Shown here in pieces: positions 38,181 to 51,657 of a stretch of 64,000 nt of DNA. The notes below the pieces were generated by a model, which was given only the letters and a program-made list of their open reading frames with translations, was not told where the DNA came from and made no database searches. The position numbers were made by a program, and so were the translations under genes. How positions within the stretch are numbered: position 1 is the stretch's first letter; each line of letters opens with the position of its first letter. Source of the DNA: Ginglymostoma cirratum (taxonomy: Eukaryota); the NCBI GenBank assembly GCA_024137785.1, contig JAHRHZ010000053.1, forward strand, positions 5,737,806 through 5,801,805. Reading direction: 5' to 3'.

Positions 38181-38589
38181 GATGGCTGGACATCTTGAAA
38201 GTGTCGAATGGTCTAATGCTCAAATCTGGAGTGAGTAGCGAACGGTTGAGAGCTGAGTGTTATCTAGAACACAGAACAAACCTTTTACTTGTCTTTGAGT
38301 GGTGTCACTTTTAACACTTACTAGATTTCAGATCGGGGGAATTGTAACTTATTATGAACTAAACAAGAACATATACTTTGTATTGCTTATCGCAAACAGG
38401 GAGAGATCTCAGACCAATGCTGGGGGCTGAAGCTAAATGTGAGCCTGACTTAACAAAATATTCTTAGTGTTACGATAATTGCTACATCTTAAATAATATG
38501 CTATGTATTATAATCTGAACAGGAGGCAATACTCAGTTCAGACAAGACCCATACCCTCTGATGTGTTTGCTATGACCTTCAATCAATCC

Positions 38590-39375
38590 TTCTGTTCGTT
38601 CAGCAAGCTGTTAGTAAGGCTAATGCAAGGTTAGCTTTCATTGCAAGAGGATTTGAGTAAAGGAGTAGTGAAGACTTGTTTTATTTTTAGAACAACATTT
38701 TTAATCAGTACCTGCGGCATTGTGTGTAGGTTTGCCCTTCTTGTCTCAGGAAGGATGTCCTTGCCATGGACAGAGTGTAAGGATCACCAGAGTTGTTCCC
38801 AGGATGGCAGGACTGTCAAATGAAGAGAAATTGGGCAAACAACACCAGTATTCTGCAGCGTTTCAAAGAATGAGAGGTGATGGGATTGAAAACTGCAAAA
38901 TACTTATGGTGTGCCCAGAATAGATGCAGGTAAGACATTTCCCCGTTTAGGGAGTGGAAAACCAGGGGGCGCAATTTAAAAATGAGGGGAATGTCACTTA
39001 AGTCCAGGAGGAATTATTTTACTTAGAAGATTGTGAACCTTTGAAATTCTCTACCACAAAGAACTGTGGAAGCACAGTGATTGAATATGTTAAAGACAGA
39101 GATTAGAGACAAAAAAAACTGCAGATGCTGGAATCCAAGGTAGACAAACAAGAAGAACACAGCAGGCCAAGCGCATCTTATGGAGAGGAGCAGTCAACGT
39201 TTCGGGTATTACCCTTCTTCAGGACAGAGATTGATTGATTTTCTGGTTAACAGTGGTGTAGAGGTAATGGAGATGTGGTGTTTAAAAAGCATTAAGTGTT
39301 CCATCAGCCATAATTGTATTTAATGGTGGGGAAGGCTTGTTGTGCTGAATGGCCTATTTCTATTCCTATATTCCC
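38590..39375 (+). mobile_element. CR1 LINE 3' portion
   Basis: Degenerate ORF2 C-terminus (RMRGDGIENCKIL); interrupted by a mini-element at 39105. Confidence 0.85.
39105..39222 (-). mobile_element. Single-arm PLE-derived mini-element with intact hammerhead core (39196-39222)
   Basis: Perfect 10-bp TSD gacagagatt (39095-39104, 39223-39232). Minus strand CTGAAGA-A-GGGT(AAT)ACCC-GAAA-CG-TT. Confidence 0.88.
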
Positions 39376-40199
39376 ATTAAAATGAGTCATTTTCAATCTG
39401 GAGCTCAGGAATCACTCATTTGTTTCATGATCGACTTTTAATGCAGGCCGGTATCCCAGAAATGTGTTCATTCACTTGGAAAATGTTTGAAAGAAAACAT
39501 TCTTCATAATGGTTTACTGAGTTCATCCAGTAAGCTACCTTAAAATTTATTTCAAAGTGGAGTAGTAATTTAAATTACGAGATTCTCCTCTTTTATACAC
39601 TTAATGGCCTTTATGCTTAAGAAAAGAAATCGGTTCTGATGCCTCTCGCTATGCTCTTGATCAAGAACTGCAAGTGAAATTCTCTTTACCTTTCATTAGC
39701 AAGACTGTTTGTTTCCCTGCAAAAGTTCACACAATTAATAACAGATTGAATTTGAATAGTCCTGCTACTGAGACATAACATGCATCACTTTCAGTTTATT
39801 GAGGTGGCTTCTGACAGGAAGAAGCCACTTGGCACTGCCATTTGAATAATGATCCTGCAAATGAGAGTGTTTAGAGCAACTAAGGAGGTTATTGATCGTC
39901 AATAAATGTAATGGGGTGGGTCACCTTATCTGTAATGTTATACTGAGTTGTCCAGTTCCCCACTGACTATGGATTCAGCAGGTGAATGTTAAAATTGGCA
40001 ATCAACAACGAAGCTCATGAAACATCATTAGGGTGGATTATGGGATGCCAATATTAATTTGAAGAAAATCTTTGTATTGGTATTAGAGAGAGCAATATGA
40101 AGCTGTATGTGATGCTTGAAATGCAGTGCAGAAATGGTTGGATACTGCAGAAAGATTAAAAAGAAGCCGTTCACTATTTCTTCCACATTTTTAAACAAA

Positions 40200-40865
40200 A
40201 CCATGGAATGTTAGAATTGTTATGGCACAGAAGGAATCCCTTCATAGCCATTGTGTCTGCACAAGCTCTCCAGTTGAGCATCATGACTGAGTGCCGTTGT
40301 CTTGCTTTTTGTCCATACTTTTGCAAATTGTTACAATTTATGTAATCATTCAATGCCCTCTTGAACCTGTTTCCTACATATTTCCAGACAGTGCTTTCTG
40401 GACCCACATCATGCACTGTTCTCTCGTTCTTTATACTTTTGTGAACAGGAACTGTTTCTCTCTGTCTAATCTATCCATCCCTTTCATGGTTTTTAGACCT
40501 CAATCAGAAGTCCTCTCAGCCTTTTTCTCTCTAAGAAGAACTGTCCCAAACTCTTCAAAGTATCCACGTAATTGTAGTTTCCCATCCCAGGAAACATTCT
40601 TGTAAACTGATCAATAAATCCCAGGATATTGTAAACCTCATTAACTGCTATCTTCTCCAGACCTGCCAACTTCAATGATCTTTGCACATTTACCTGCACG
40701 TCAATCTCCTCATACACCCCCTTTAGAAATGTGCTCCGTATTTTATATTGTCTGTCAATTTCCTTTTTAAAAAATGCGCACTGCTTCACACTTCTTTGCA
40801 TTGAACATCATTTGCCAGCTGTCCGCCCACTCTACCAACTTTCCTGTGTCCTTTCGAAGCTTCTT
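40200..40865 (-). mobile_element. CR1 LINE 3' remnant
   Basis: ORF 40493..40801 (LKGVYEEIDVQVNVQRSLK...ILGFI) and reversed tail near 40200. Confidence 0.75.
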
Positions 40866-43099
40866 TTAAAGGCTTCAATCACCATTATTGTGGCAATAAG
40901 ATTGCTGGAAAACCTGTAAAACTGATTGCATATAAGTTTTCAGAATACACATTACTATCATGTCATGCATAGCTGCAGAGTAAATGTTTGAAGATAAACT
41001 GTTATAGAGCATGATTGGATGTTAGCCGAGTAACCTAGAAATTGCAGAGCTGGCTTCATACGCAATGAAATTCATTGTGGAGCTCTCTCTGTCACCCAAG
41101 CCCTCCTGACACTGTTAGATACAATTTAAAGGTTTCTTGCCAAGGACAATTGATGTGTGTCCCATGATGATTTGCATTGTTAACTTATATATCTTGGGCA
41201 ATCCTGTTCCTGTTTTAGCTTTGAGTGATAATCCTTCATTTATCATTTCTATCAGTTCAAAGAGCCTAATATTTGCTCGTCTCACTGTCTTCTGATTTGT
41301 TGCTTTTGGCTCTTCCCACAGCATTGTTTTGCCTTCCACTGATTAATTTAGACTTTACCAAATTCTCTCTCCAAAAAATCTCCAAGAGTTTAGTTAGTAG
41401 GGGTATTTTCTAAAAGGGAAAATTAACTTCTGTATAGACAGCTGACAACACATAGGAACTGCATACAGGAGATGCAATGGGAAGTTAAATGGACATGGCC
41501 ACCGCAAAATAGATATCCAGAGGCTACCAGGCCAGTAACCAAGTTGTCTGGATGTGGTAGGTTTTAATTTATTTTGGGTTGACAAATAGGAGAAGTTTGG
41601 GGCAGCAGCAACCGTAGCTTGTTTTTTTGTAGACTACTTCAACAAAGCAATGATCTCACCATTAAAATGGCTTTGTGTTCTTGTCTAGGCAATTAGACTC
41701 TGACAAGGCCAAAGTGGCGTGAGATAATTTTCAAATTTTAACGTTGCAGTTAAAAAGAACTCTTATCCCACATATTAACTGTGACAACAAGAAAGCCCAA
41801 ATTTACCTTTCTGTCTTTATCTGGTTCTATTTCTTCTATTTAATCTGTTCAGTAAATTTGCAGCAAGATCACGACAGAAAGCTGAGTTTGGTGAGCACTT
41901 TTCTCTCTTAGATATATTTACGAGGTAATCTGTGTTTCTTTTTCACAACGGATATTATTTAACATATGAACTGTTGAAATGTTCAAAAATACTGACATAA
42001 GCGAGAATTTGTATGGCCTCACTGATATAACTTGGCCGAGGAGGTTCACTGGCTGAGAAATTCGGTTGATGTGGACTCCCAAAGTCCAACAATGGTAAGG
42101 GAGGAAACTTCTGTATGCAAACCCATGACTTGCTAGATTAAGTAAGGACAAAATAGACAATTTATTCTTCCTCACCTCAAATGAACATCGTGTGATTTGC
42201 ATATGCCAATGAAGCTTGAGGCCCAATAGTCAGGGCTCCTTGTAGCTCACCATTTGTGTTGAGGGTGATTAACCAATAAGTTATGAGTGAGGAGGGGTTC
42301 GAGTAAGGGGATTGGTGGAATTTAAATGTCAATCACAATGTCTCCCGACCATGAAATTAATATTAGCTGTTTTATTCATCATCCATTTTGACAATTTTAG
42401 AGACAGGTTAAACCTTAAAGAATGTAGCTGCAATTACTGATGAGGCTCATTTCCATTCCTTCTGTTAAATCTGACTCTCTAGAAGTTGCATTGTTGACTA
42501 CAAGTTATGTCAAGCAATGAGTTAATTCAACAGGCCAGGATCTGTGATTTAGGGCTGAAGGCAGAAATAGCTAACTCTTCTAGTAGGAAGTTTTGCTTCT
42601 GAATCTCTATTCAAAAACCTGTTGGTGTAAACTTGCATTTAAGAAAACCATTAAGCATATGCTTTAAGCAGAATGAGCTTTTCTAGTTCCTGAAAAAAAA
42701 TTTTCAAGCACTTATTCCACTGAAAACAAAATCATGTCAATATCCTATAAACATTACAGATGATAATGGTAATAAATAATTCAATATGCAGAATGTTTTC
42801 TATGCATCTAAATTAGCTGAAGTATTTTTAAACCAAATTTATACAGCAAAATATTCTTGTCATAGATCTGAATTTTATAGGGATTTAGCACGCTAATTTG
42901 AAATAGATTTTGAGGTGCTTCAGAATTAGTACTCCCTCTGTTTATTCTCTAGAGGTCACACACCTGAGATATATACTAACAGCTGATTCAACTAGCCTGA
43001 CTTTAAATATGAGCTCATACCAAAGCCTGGATTTTCCACTGATGGGAAACAGGAGCTGATTCTATTCTGCGTCAAAACCTCTTATTGCTCAGACCTTTT

Positions 43100-43706
43100 A
43101 ATATAGCAGTTGGGAAGTCATGTTGAGGTTGTACAGAACTTTGCTGAGGCCTGTTCTGGAGTATTGTGTGTAGTTCTAGTCGCCTTGTTACAGGAAGGAT
43201 ATTATTAAATTGGAGAGGGTTCAGAAAAGATTTACCAGGTTGTAGCCGGGAATGGAGGGTTTGAGATATAAAAATAGAAGGGAAAGGCTGGAACTATTTT
43301 TCAGTGGAGCATAGGAGGTTGAAGGGTGATCTTACTGAGGTTTATAAAATTATGAGGGGCATAGATAAGGTGAATAACAAGGGTCTTTTCCCTAGGGTGG
43401 GGGAGTTCAGAACTAAGGGGCAAATATTTAAGTTGAGAGGAGAATCATTTAAAAAGGATATAAGGGACAACTTTTTTACACGGAGAGTGGTTCATGTGTG
43501 GAATAAACTGCCAGAGCAGGTGGTGGATGCAGGTACAGTTACAATATTTAAAAGCCATTTGGAAATTAATAGGAAAGGTTGGGAGGGATATGGGCCAAAC
43601 GCAGGCAGGAGGGACTAGTTTAGTTTGGGAACATGGTCGGTGTGGACTAGTTGGACCGAAGGGTCTGTTTCCATGTTGTGTGAATTTATGACTGTATGGC
43701 TCTATG
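43100..43706 (+). mobile_element. Young CR1 (HER1-like) LINE 3' end
   Basis: ORF 43304..43618 RRLKGDLTEVYKIMRGIDKV...FFTRRVVHVWNKLP; (ctatga)-type tail. Confidence 0.93.
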
Positions 43707-45004
43707 ATGCAAAGCTGATTGATTTGTAGGTCTTTCCTGCAGATGAGTCTTTAATTGATGTGAAGAAATCCATTTAAAGCCAGTCAGGGCAGGAATGGCA
43801 TGCAGACACACAATGTAGCCATCATTCAGGCTGCTGGTTGCTTTGAGGGAGAGAGTTGTATCAAAGTTTGCAACTCCATCACAGAGACCTGAGATGACAC
43901 AGAGGAACAGAAGGTCTGGCTTCAGATGAGAGTACGGGGAAATGACTGAGGGGACGTCACTTTCTTCCCAGAGAATAACATGACAACACATGTTCAACAT
44001 TGTCTCCCTCTGCCTCTAAATTCGTGTCCTGTCTTACATTTTTCCACTCCCATGCCAGGGAAGTGTTGACCTCCAGAACCTACCATCCTTAGGGTCCACA
44101 GTTGTCTGAGAGGCCATGTTATAGAGAGTGTTGCATACCACCTTATTGACTGAGATCCTTGTGGGAGGCACTGCAAGGCACTCACCTGACTGTGTCAGGT
44201 ACCAAAGCCAGTCTCCTAAGTTATGCGCCAATGTGCAGCCAGCTGAGGGAACCACAGACATCTGTGATCATTTGCCTGTAAAACAGCAGAATCCATCACT
44301 ACTGCTTTTCAGTGGACTTCAAATATTTTCAGCTCTACCTGGGGACTCTACCTGTGGCTACAGGTTAGCGTCTACTTCCCATTCATGTCCCTCATACTTG
44401 TCCTCCAATCTCCAATTCCCTCTGACATGCCAATGGAGGCTGCTTATCTTTTTAAATGCTTCCAACTTCCCCGACTTTTCCCAGACATGGGCCTGATATT
44501 CAGACAGTTAACTGTCCCAATCTTTGCCCTCTCTAAAAATCTTCAGAAATTTTCAAGGAGATAGGTTAATAACCCCACAATGTTGATAACTGTTCCCATA
44601 ACCAGTACAGGTCTGACTGGATGTTCACAGTCTCCCCTGCCCTCAGGAAAATTGGAGACGGCAGAAACCAAGCAAACTTTCTTAAGTATCATGGCCATTT
44701 CTCTTTTTGTCAGTCCATCTCTTATCTGGCTGAATTGGGGCTTGAAAAACCCAATCTGAGAAATGAGTTGTGGGTTATTGCATTCTCCCAGAACATATCT
44801 TAAAATTTTAGGATGGATCTCATTTGCAGGAAGTTCCCAGGAGCATGCTAATATGGGTTTCTCCCATGTTCTTTCTGCATCTCCCAAAATCCCCACAAAG
44901 GCCCACTCCTGCCCTTGACTAAATATGTCTCTGCATCCTCACCAGTGAAAATGGGCCGTACAGTTTGTGTCAGGTTTATACCAGCCTATGTGCCTCCCAG
45001 CCCA

Positions 45005-45152
45005 CCGATGAAGGGTCTAGGCCCGAAACGTCAAGCCTTCCTGCTCCTATGATGCTGCTTGGCCTGCTGTGTTCATCCAGCTCCACATCTTGTTATCTCG
45101 GATTCTCCAGCATCTGCAGTACCTATTATCTCTGATACAATTTTAACCCCAC
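45005..45152 (+). mobile_element. Single-arm mini-element (family A) with one core mutation
   Basis: CCGATGA-A-GGGT(CTAG)GCCC-GAAA-CG-TC at 45005-45032; body near-identical to 1300-1428. Confidence 0.88.
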
Positions 45153-47037
45153 TCCACCAAGCTCTGTTTGAGGCAGCCATTGTTTTTATCTGACTATTGA
45201 ATAGGATTAACTTAATTTATTAGGTCGGCTGTTGAAAAGATTTTTGATCTCTAGGACACAATGAGTAAGTAGTCTAGAGGAATTGCAAAGAGAGACATCA
45301 AATTAATCCGGCAATTAAAGTGTTACATCTAAAGTAGAATCTAAGTAGCATCAGAATATGAAATCTGGCCCCAAGAGCAGTTTCTCGGCTGGTATTATGG
45401 ACAGAAGGAGGTTTACCATTGCCTTACTACCCTTGCTAATCTTGCATTGTGAGATGTTTTGCTCTCATTTAGACCTCTTTAAAGAAGGCGTTTTTATGAT
45501 GCTCAAGAATCCTTCATTGCTAAGGATTTAACAATGAATGACAGCCTGATTGGTGATGTTCAATGACAAAGTTCTGAAAGTTAGAATGAAATGCACATGC
45601 AGAATACAGTAGCATATTTTTATTGACTTTTGAGATTTGAGGTCCTTGTACCGGGTTTCTTCTGAACAGTTGAGGCAAAGTCATTTGATTATTTCATCAA
45701 ATCATACTGAACTGTCAGTATAATATTTTTCACACATATTTGTTAAATATTCATTTATTGTCCTTCAGGTGGATTTTAAAAAAATATGTTTAAATTTGAA
45801 ATAGAAGTGTAATTTTATAACCATCTTTAATTAGCATATACTCCAGGCTATAGTAATCATTAAAATAAAGTAATCCAGAATTGATTGTAATGATAAATAT
45901 TCGAAGGCAAGATAAACCACTATTGGCATTGCATGTAACCAAAGAAAAACAGATATACTGGGTGGACTTTCCTCAGGCTTGTTATTGCCACAGGTGGCAA
46001 GGCATAGTTTGGAACAATTTTAGGCTTATTCTTTGAAGGGATCAAGGGTGGGGTGGAAAACAGAGCTGTCGTCTCCAATGGTAGTCTCTGAAAGCCACAT
46101 TTGCTTCACAATGAAAAAGAAGTGGAGAGAAACAAAGATGATTCTGAAATATTGTGGTGTAGATGAGCTCTAAACAACATTTCGAACATTCAGCCATCAT
46201 GAAGACAATGCATATATTGGATGCATATTATTCAAATAATCAGAACAGTCAATGAAACTATAATAGCGCACAATGTGTAAGTGAGCTTTGTTTCGACATT
46301 CAAAAGATAGAATGTAGCAATGGCTTGAGGCAACCATTATCTTCAAAGGATTGTAGAAAACTGTAGTCAACTGAAATTTACCCATAACATGGCAGCAACC
46401 ACACTAAAAAAGAGGTTTTGTCTTCATGGACAAGATGTTGAAAATCTGTAGTACCTTCACAATGCATATATGCAATTTAAAATTGATTAACTGACACAAA
46501 GAATTAAAATTAGCTCAGGGATAAAAGAGGAATATGTTAAGTGATTTTGAACAAAATAAATAGTTGTTTAGTAATACAGATTTTGAGTATCACCAATAGC
46601 AAATATTGCACTTATTAAACAGAAGGATTAATTGATAAAGCCATTCATCTTCCATTTAGCAGAACAAACACAAAAATGTCAAATTTTAGATAATTATAAT
46701 AACTTTCTAGCAGTAGAGAAATATGCTGATTGGTCACAATTTGATTGTCCGAGGAGTAGCCATGGCGAAAATAGTTATAGGCTCCTCAATCATGAAATTT
46801 TAAAAAAAATGCAAAGATTGAACGTATCCCTGTTTGCCAAGAATGGGCCCTGTCTATGAAAACATGTTACTTTCAGCAATGATAAATAAACCATTTCATG
46901 AGTTTGATTAATTATCTCAAATTGCCTATTGGTGTAACTTGGAGCATTTAGGATTGTTCAGGAAATGCCTGCCAGTTTCGGAATCACATATAGACACAGT
47001 AATTTATGTTACATTTTCCAAGGATGCACAGGCTGAT

Positions 47038-47343
47038 GGGGTAGCACTGTGGCTCAGTGGTTAGCATTGCTGCCTCACAGTGCCAGGGACCTGGATTTGA
47101 TTCCACCCTCAGATGACTGTCTGTGTGGAGTTTGCACATTCTGCCCATGTCTGCGTGGGTTTCTTCTCTGTGCTCTAGATTCCTCCCAACGGTTTAAGGA
47201 TGTGCAGGTTAGGCGGATTGGCCAAGGGACTGTAGGGTTACAGGGATACGGTAAGAGGTGGGTATAGGTGGGATGCTCTTCGGACAGTGGTGTGAACTCG
47301 ATGAGCCAAAAGGCCTGCTTCCATTATGTAGCGATTCTATGAA
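47038..47343 (+). mobile_element. HE1-like SINE
   Basis: gtggctcagtggttagc A box, gatttgattcc B box, tgtgtggagtttgcacattc core, gattctatga tail. Confidence 0.9.
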
Positions 47344-47699
47344 TAGGGTCTGCAATCTGAAAATTATGAGCAATAGGCTCTTTAATTCAATTAGATTGTA
47401 ACTTTTATTACACCAGCCATGAAATTCTTGCCTGACTTAGCTCAACTGTGCAGGAGGCAGAATTTTTTTTTTAAGATAATCTGTTGAACTCACAGCATGA
47501 TTTAATGCGGGAGACATTTGCAGATATCTGCAGGATTTTATAACTTTCATCCCAAAATTGCATCACCCAGTTTCCATGACTTCCATAATAATCACTTTAG
47601 AATAGATGAGGCCACTCAATCCAAGGGGGCTGCCAGCTTTACTTCAAGGTCAAGGGAGTAATTGATTGCGCAAATGTGGCAATCATGATGCCATCAAAT

Positions 47700-48210
47700 T
47701 AACCAGACATTTGTATAAATCAGAAAGCCTTCAAATTCCATGGTGTGAAATGAGACCATCCATAAGAAGATGGCATATATCTGCACAAGAGAGACATATC
47801 TGCACAAGGGAGTGCCCACGACACGTTCATTCCTCTCATGTGCTGCAGGTGCTTTGCCGATCAGGTAGCCTCAGCGATTAGCATATCCACTGAAGACCTG
47901 CTCCCAGAAAGGACCCTGACTCTAGAAGCAAAGGAGATATACGACAGAAGCAACATCTCAAGCCTGGGCAACAAAAGAGCAAATCCTGAAAACAGAATTC
48001 AGCGGGATAGGAAGGAAATTAAAAACCAGGACATCAAGAGCAGTAATCTCAGAATTACTTCTATAGCCACATGCTGGAGAGCCTTTGAATATAGGACATA
48101 AGAGGATTGATCGATTAAACTTGTGGCTAAAGAACTGGTATTGGAGGGAGAGTGTCAGATTTCAGAGGCTTGGACCAGGTTGGGGTAAGTGGGACCTGTA
48201 CAAGCTGAAC
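47700..48210 (+). mobile_element. CR1 ORF1 (esterase) remnant
   Basis: RIDRLNLWLKNWYWRESVRF...WGKWDLYK resembles the SGNH domain of CR1 ORF1. Confidence 0.65.
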
Positions 48211-48783
48211 ATAAGTGTCTACAATTTAAAATTTCAATGTACCTTCTCAATATTGCCCATTTTCTTGATATGACATTGATCTTTCAGATTGATTTTTCCT
48301 ATTGGGTGAGCTTTGTTCCCTTGTATATCCTCAATTTAACACCTGACAGCTTTTCAGGTCACCATCTTAAATGAATTCATGCAGGTCTGCAAAGCACACT
48401 GTGCTACAGATAGAACCAGTGCCTATCTGACACTCCATACTCGTTTGATTTTGACCTCTGCAGTCATCATTCCAAGATACGCAAACTAGTTTTTAACTGG
48501 TGACTCGATGCTGTGTTCTCAGGAGGGAAATTTTTTTCAGAACCATCGTCCTACGTTTCTGCAGCAGACATTTTTTATAAGTTTGTTTTACAATCCAGCA
48601 ATGAGTGTCATCACTTGTGAGCAAAGTGATTCTGATTTTTTCAGTTACAGAATTGCCTCCTTTTCTTTCACATTGTGTTCTCTGCAATATTTGCATCCTG
48701 TATCTTGACTTTCTGCTGGCCCTTCTGTAAATATCTCATTTGCCTTTGACTTGCACTTGTAAGGAGTGGACATCTTCTTAGAA

Positions 48784-48988
48784 ACAAAATTGTTAGAAAT
48801 CACAGCAGATCAGGCAGCATCCATGGAGAGAGAGCAAGCTAATGTTTTAAATCTAGATGATAAGGGTCATCTAGACTCGAAGCACTAGCTTGCTCTCTCT
48901 CTTTGGATGCTGCCTGATCCATTGCGATTTCTGGCATTTTTTATTTTCAGGACAGATTCCAGCATCTGCAGTAATTTGCTTCTACAGT
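48784..48988. mobile_element. Fold-back PLE-derived mini-element
   Basis: Inverted arms meeting at tctagatga-taaggg-tcatctaga. TSD ttcttagaa (48775-48783, 48989-48997). Confidence 0.85.
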
Positions 48989-49594
48989 TTCTTAGAATAT
49001 TGCAAAGCCTTTTTGATCTTCCATTAATTCTCCCGGTTGATCATTTAAATCCACAGAACTTTTACAGATGTCATAACTTTTTTGAGTGTGTGTTTCCCTT
49101 CTCTCAGCAGACATGCTGTCACAGAGGGATTGCTCATTTCTAAAGCAGCCATCTCTCTGATCAGATCATCCTTCAGCTGCCCAAGCTCACAAGATTCAGC
49201 TAGACATCTCAGTAAAATCACAAAACTGATCAATATTCACTCTCTGTTCCTGAGCTGACGACTCACATAATGTTAAAGTCCTATTTAAAGTTGCAGACTT
49301 AATTCTGAATTATGCTTTGCTGTTTCTTACAGCAGCTGGCTCTCTTGAAACTATGAAAATACACTCAATATTGGATGCATACTCCTGACAATATGTTCCA
49401 ATGGTGGATCTAATGGCTTCTGCTCTTTCGCCTTAATCGAAAGGATAACTTCAGAGGTGACTTAATTATGGCAAACAGCAGTGTACAAAGATATACTTCC
49501 AAACACAATATTCTCCAATGGTAACATTTCACTGCTATTCCTGTCCCCAGCACTTGCTCCTCCTCACATATGATGCGGTTCAAACTTTGTTTCA

Positions 49595-50145
49595 TCGATA
49601 TCCTCTCTAGAGTTTAGAAGGATGACAGGAGATTTAATTCAGGTATTTAAGATGCTAAAGGGGATTGACAAAGTGTGGACATGGAAAGGGTATTTCGTCA
49701 TGCTGAGCAATATTGAATAAGAGGTCGTAGTTTCATGCTAAGTGTAGTGACTATAATGAGGTCAGACAGGTGGACATCATAGAATATGGTTCTTTGATTG
49801 GGGCTGTTAATCTGGTGAACACCTCTCCATGTGTAAATAAAGGGTGACTTGATGATGAGATGCCAGCCTCTGTGGAGTTATTTTAATTAGGAATAGCAGA
49901 TTTAAAACAGAGATGAGGAGGAATTACTTCTCTCAAAGCATCACAAATCCGGACTAACTCTCTCTCCATGCCAAGACAATGACTAAATTTAAGGTGAAGA
50001 GATATAGGTTTTTAATTAGTAATGGGTTAAAGTGTGATGGAAAGCGGGCAGGAAAGTGGAGTTGAAGCCCAGATAAGATCAGCTATGATTGTACAAATGG
50101 TTTTAGGGACTGGACTGCGTATTACAGCTCTTAGTTCTTATGTAA
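49595..50145 (+). mobile_element. CR1 3' end interrupted by a ~135-bp LTR-like fragment (~49750-49885)
   Basis: Degenerate RRM.GDLIQVFKMLKGIDKV. The insert contains an AATAAA and is unrelated to CR1. Confidence 0.75.
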
Positions 50146-50363
50146 AGATTTGTGAAACTAGATCTTCTGAGGTGTATGTGAATCTGTGCTGGTGAATGAT
50201 GCAAAGGACTCATGTGATGTCCTCAGAGTGCTAATCTCTGAAGGGGTCTTTAGCCTCTTCTCCTACATTCTACATCAAAGATGGCAACAGACTTGCGAAG
50301 GAGGAAAGGCACGAATTAATGCTATAAGAAGATGAATAGTGTATACATTATGATATTTCGTGA

Positions 50364-50645
50364 AACAAGAACAGAAATTGCTGGAGAAACTCAGCACTTC
50401 TGGCAGGACCCGTAGGAAGACAGAAGAGTTACATTTCAAGTTTGGTGACACTTCCTCAGCTGTTCCTCAGACCTGCTGAGTTTCTCCAGCAATTTCTGTT
50501 TTTGTTTCTGAGGAACATCTGAGGAAGTGTCACCAAACTTGAAATGTAACTCTTCTGTCTTCCTACAGGTCCTGCCAGAAGTGCTGAGTTTCTCCAGAAA
50601 TTCCTGTTTTTAATTTCAGATCTCAAGCATATGCAGATCTTCGTC
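50364..50645. mobile_element. Fold-back mini-element (family B) with 91-bp near-perfect arms
   Basis: 50381-50471 vs reverse complement of 50507-50597: 89/91 identical. TSD ttatgatatttcgtga (50348-50363) / ttatgatatttcatga (50646-50661). Confidence 0.92.
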
Positions 50646-51071
50646 TTATGATATTTCATGACTTGGTGATATCAGTTCAACAACAGTAACCTGAGTTTGT
50701 TCTCTCACCTCTCTAGCATTTAACAACAAACTTCTGAATGACACATCTTATGTCACACACATTTCTTTCTCTTTTGTACCATCAATAAAGCTTTAATGTC
50801 ACTGTCCATAATGGATGAGGAAGTACTTGAGATTTTCATAGTTTGAGAGGCGGGTTCCATGTTTTGGTTCCATTTACAGAAGGTTCCTGCTTTTTGGCTG
50901 GAATATACAATGTTGCACTCAATGTTGCTATTGGGAATACCACATGGTTTCCTGCACTGGAAATACTTAAATGCATGTTTAGATATATCACCCTGTCTTC
51001 CTTGATCAGGAGGACTAGAGAAGGGAGGATAATATCATAGTCCTGTGAAAACAAAACATATTGTATGGAGA

Positions 51072-51657
51072 TAACAAGGTGTAGAGCTGGATGAACACAG
51101 CAGGCCAAGCAGCATCATAGGAGCAGGAAAGCTTGACGTTTCAGGCCTAGACCCTTTCTGANNNNNNNNNNNNNNNNNNNNNNNNNNNNNNNNNNNNNNN
51201 NNNNNNNNNNNNNNNNNNNNNNNNNNNNNNNNNNNNNNNNNNNNNNNNNNNNNNNNNNNNNNNNNNNNNNNNNNNNNNNNNNNNNNNNNNNNNNNNNNNN
51301 NNNNNNNNNNNNNNNNNNNNNNNNNNNNNNNNNNNNNNNNNNNNNNNNNNNNNNNNNNNNNNNNNNNNNNNNNNNNNNNNNNNNNNNNNNNNNNNNNNNN
51401 NNNNNNNNNNNNNNNNNNNNNNNNNNNNNNNNNNNNNNNNNNNNNNNNNNNNNNNNNNNNNNNNNNNNNNNNNNNNNNNNNNNNNNNNNNNNNNNNNNNN
51501 NNNNNNNNNNNNNNNNNNNNNNNNNNNNNNNNNNNNNNNNNNNNNNNNNNNNNNNNNNNNNGCTCCTATGATGCTGCTTGGCCTGCTGTGTTCATCCAGC
51601 TCTACACCTTGTTATCTCAGATTCTCCAGCATCTGCGGTTCCTACTATCTCTGAAAC
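51072..51657. mobile_element. Fold-back mini-element (family A) spanning the 400-N gap
   Basis: Inverted arms on both sides of the gap. TSD attgtatggaga (51060-51071, 51658-51669). Confidence 0.88.
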
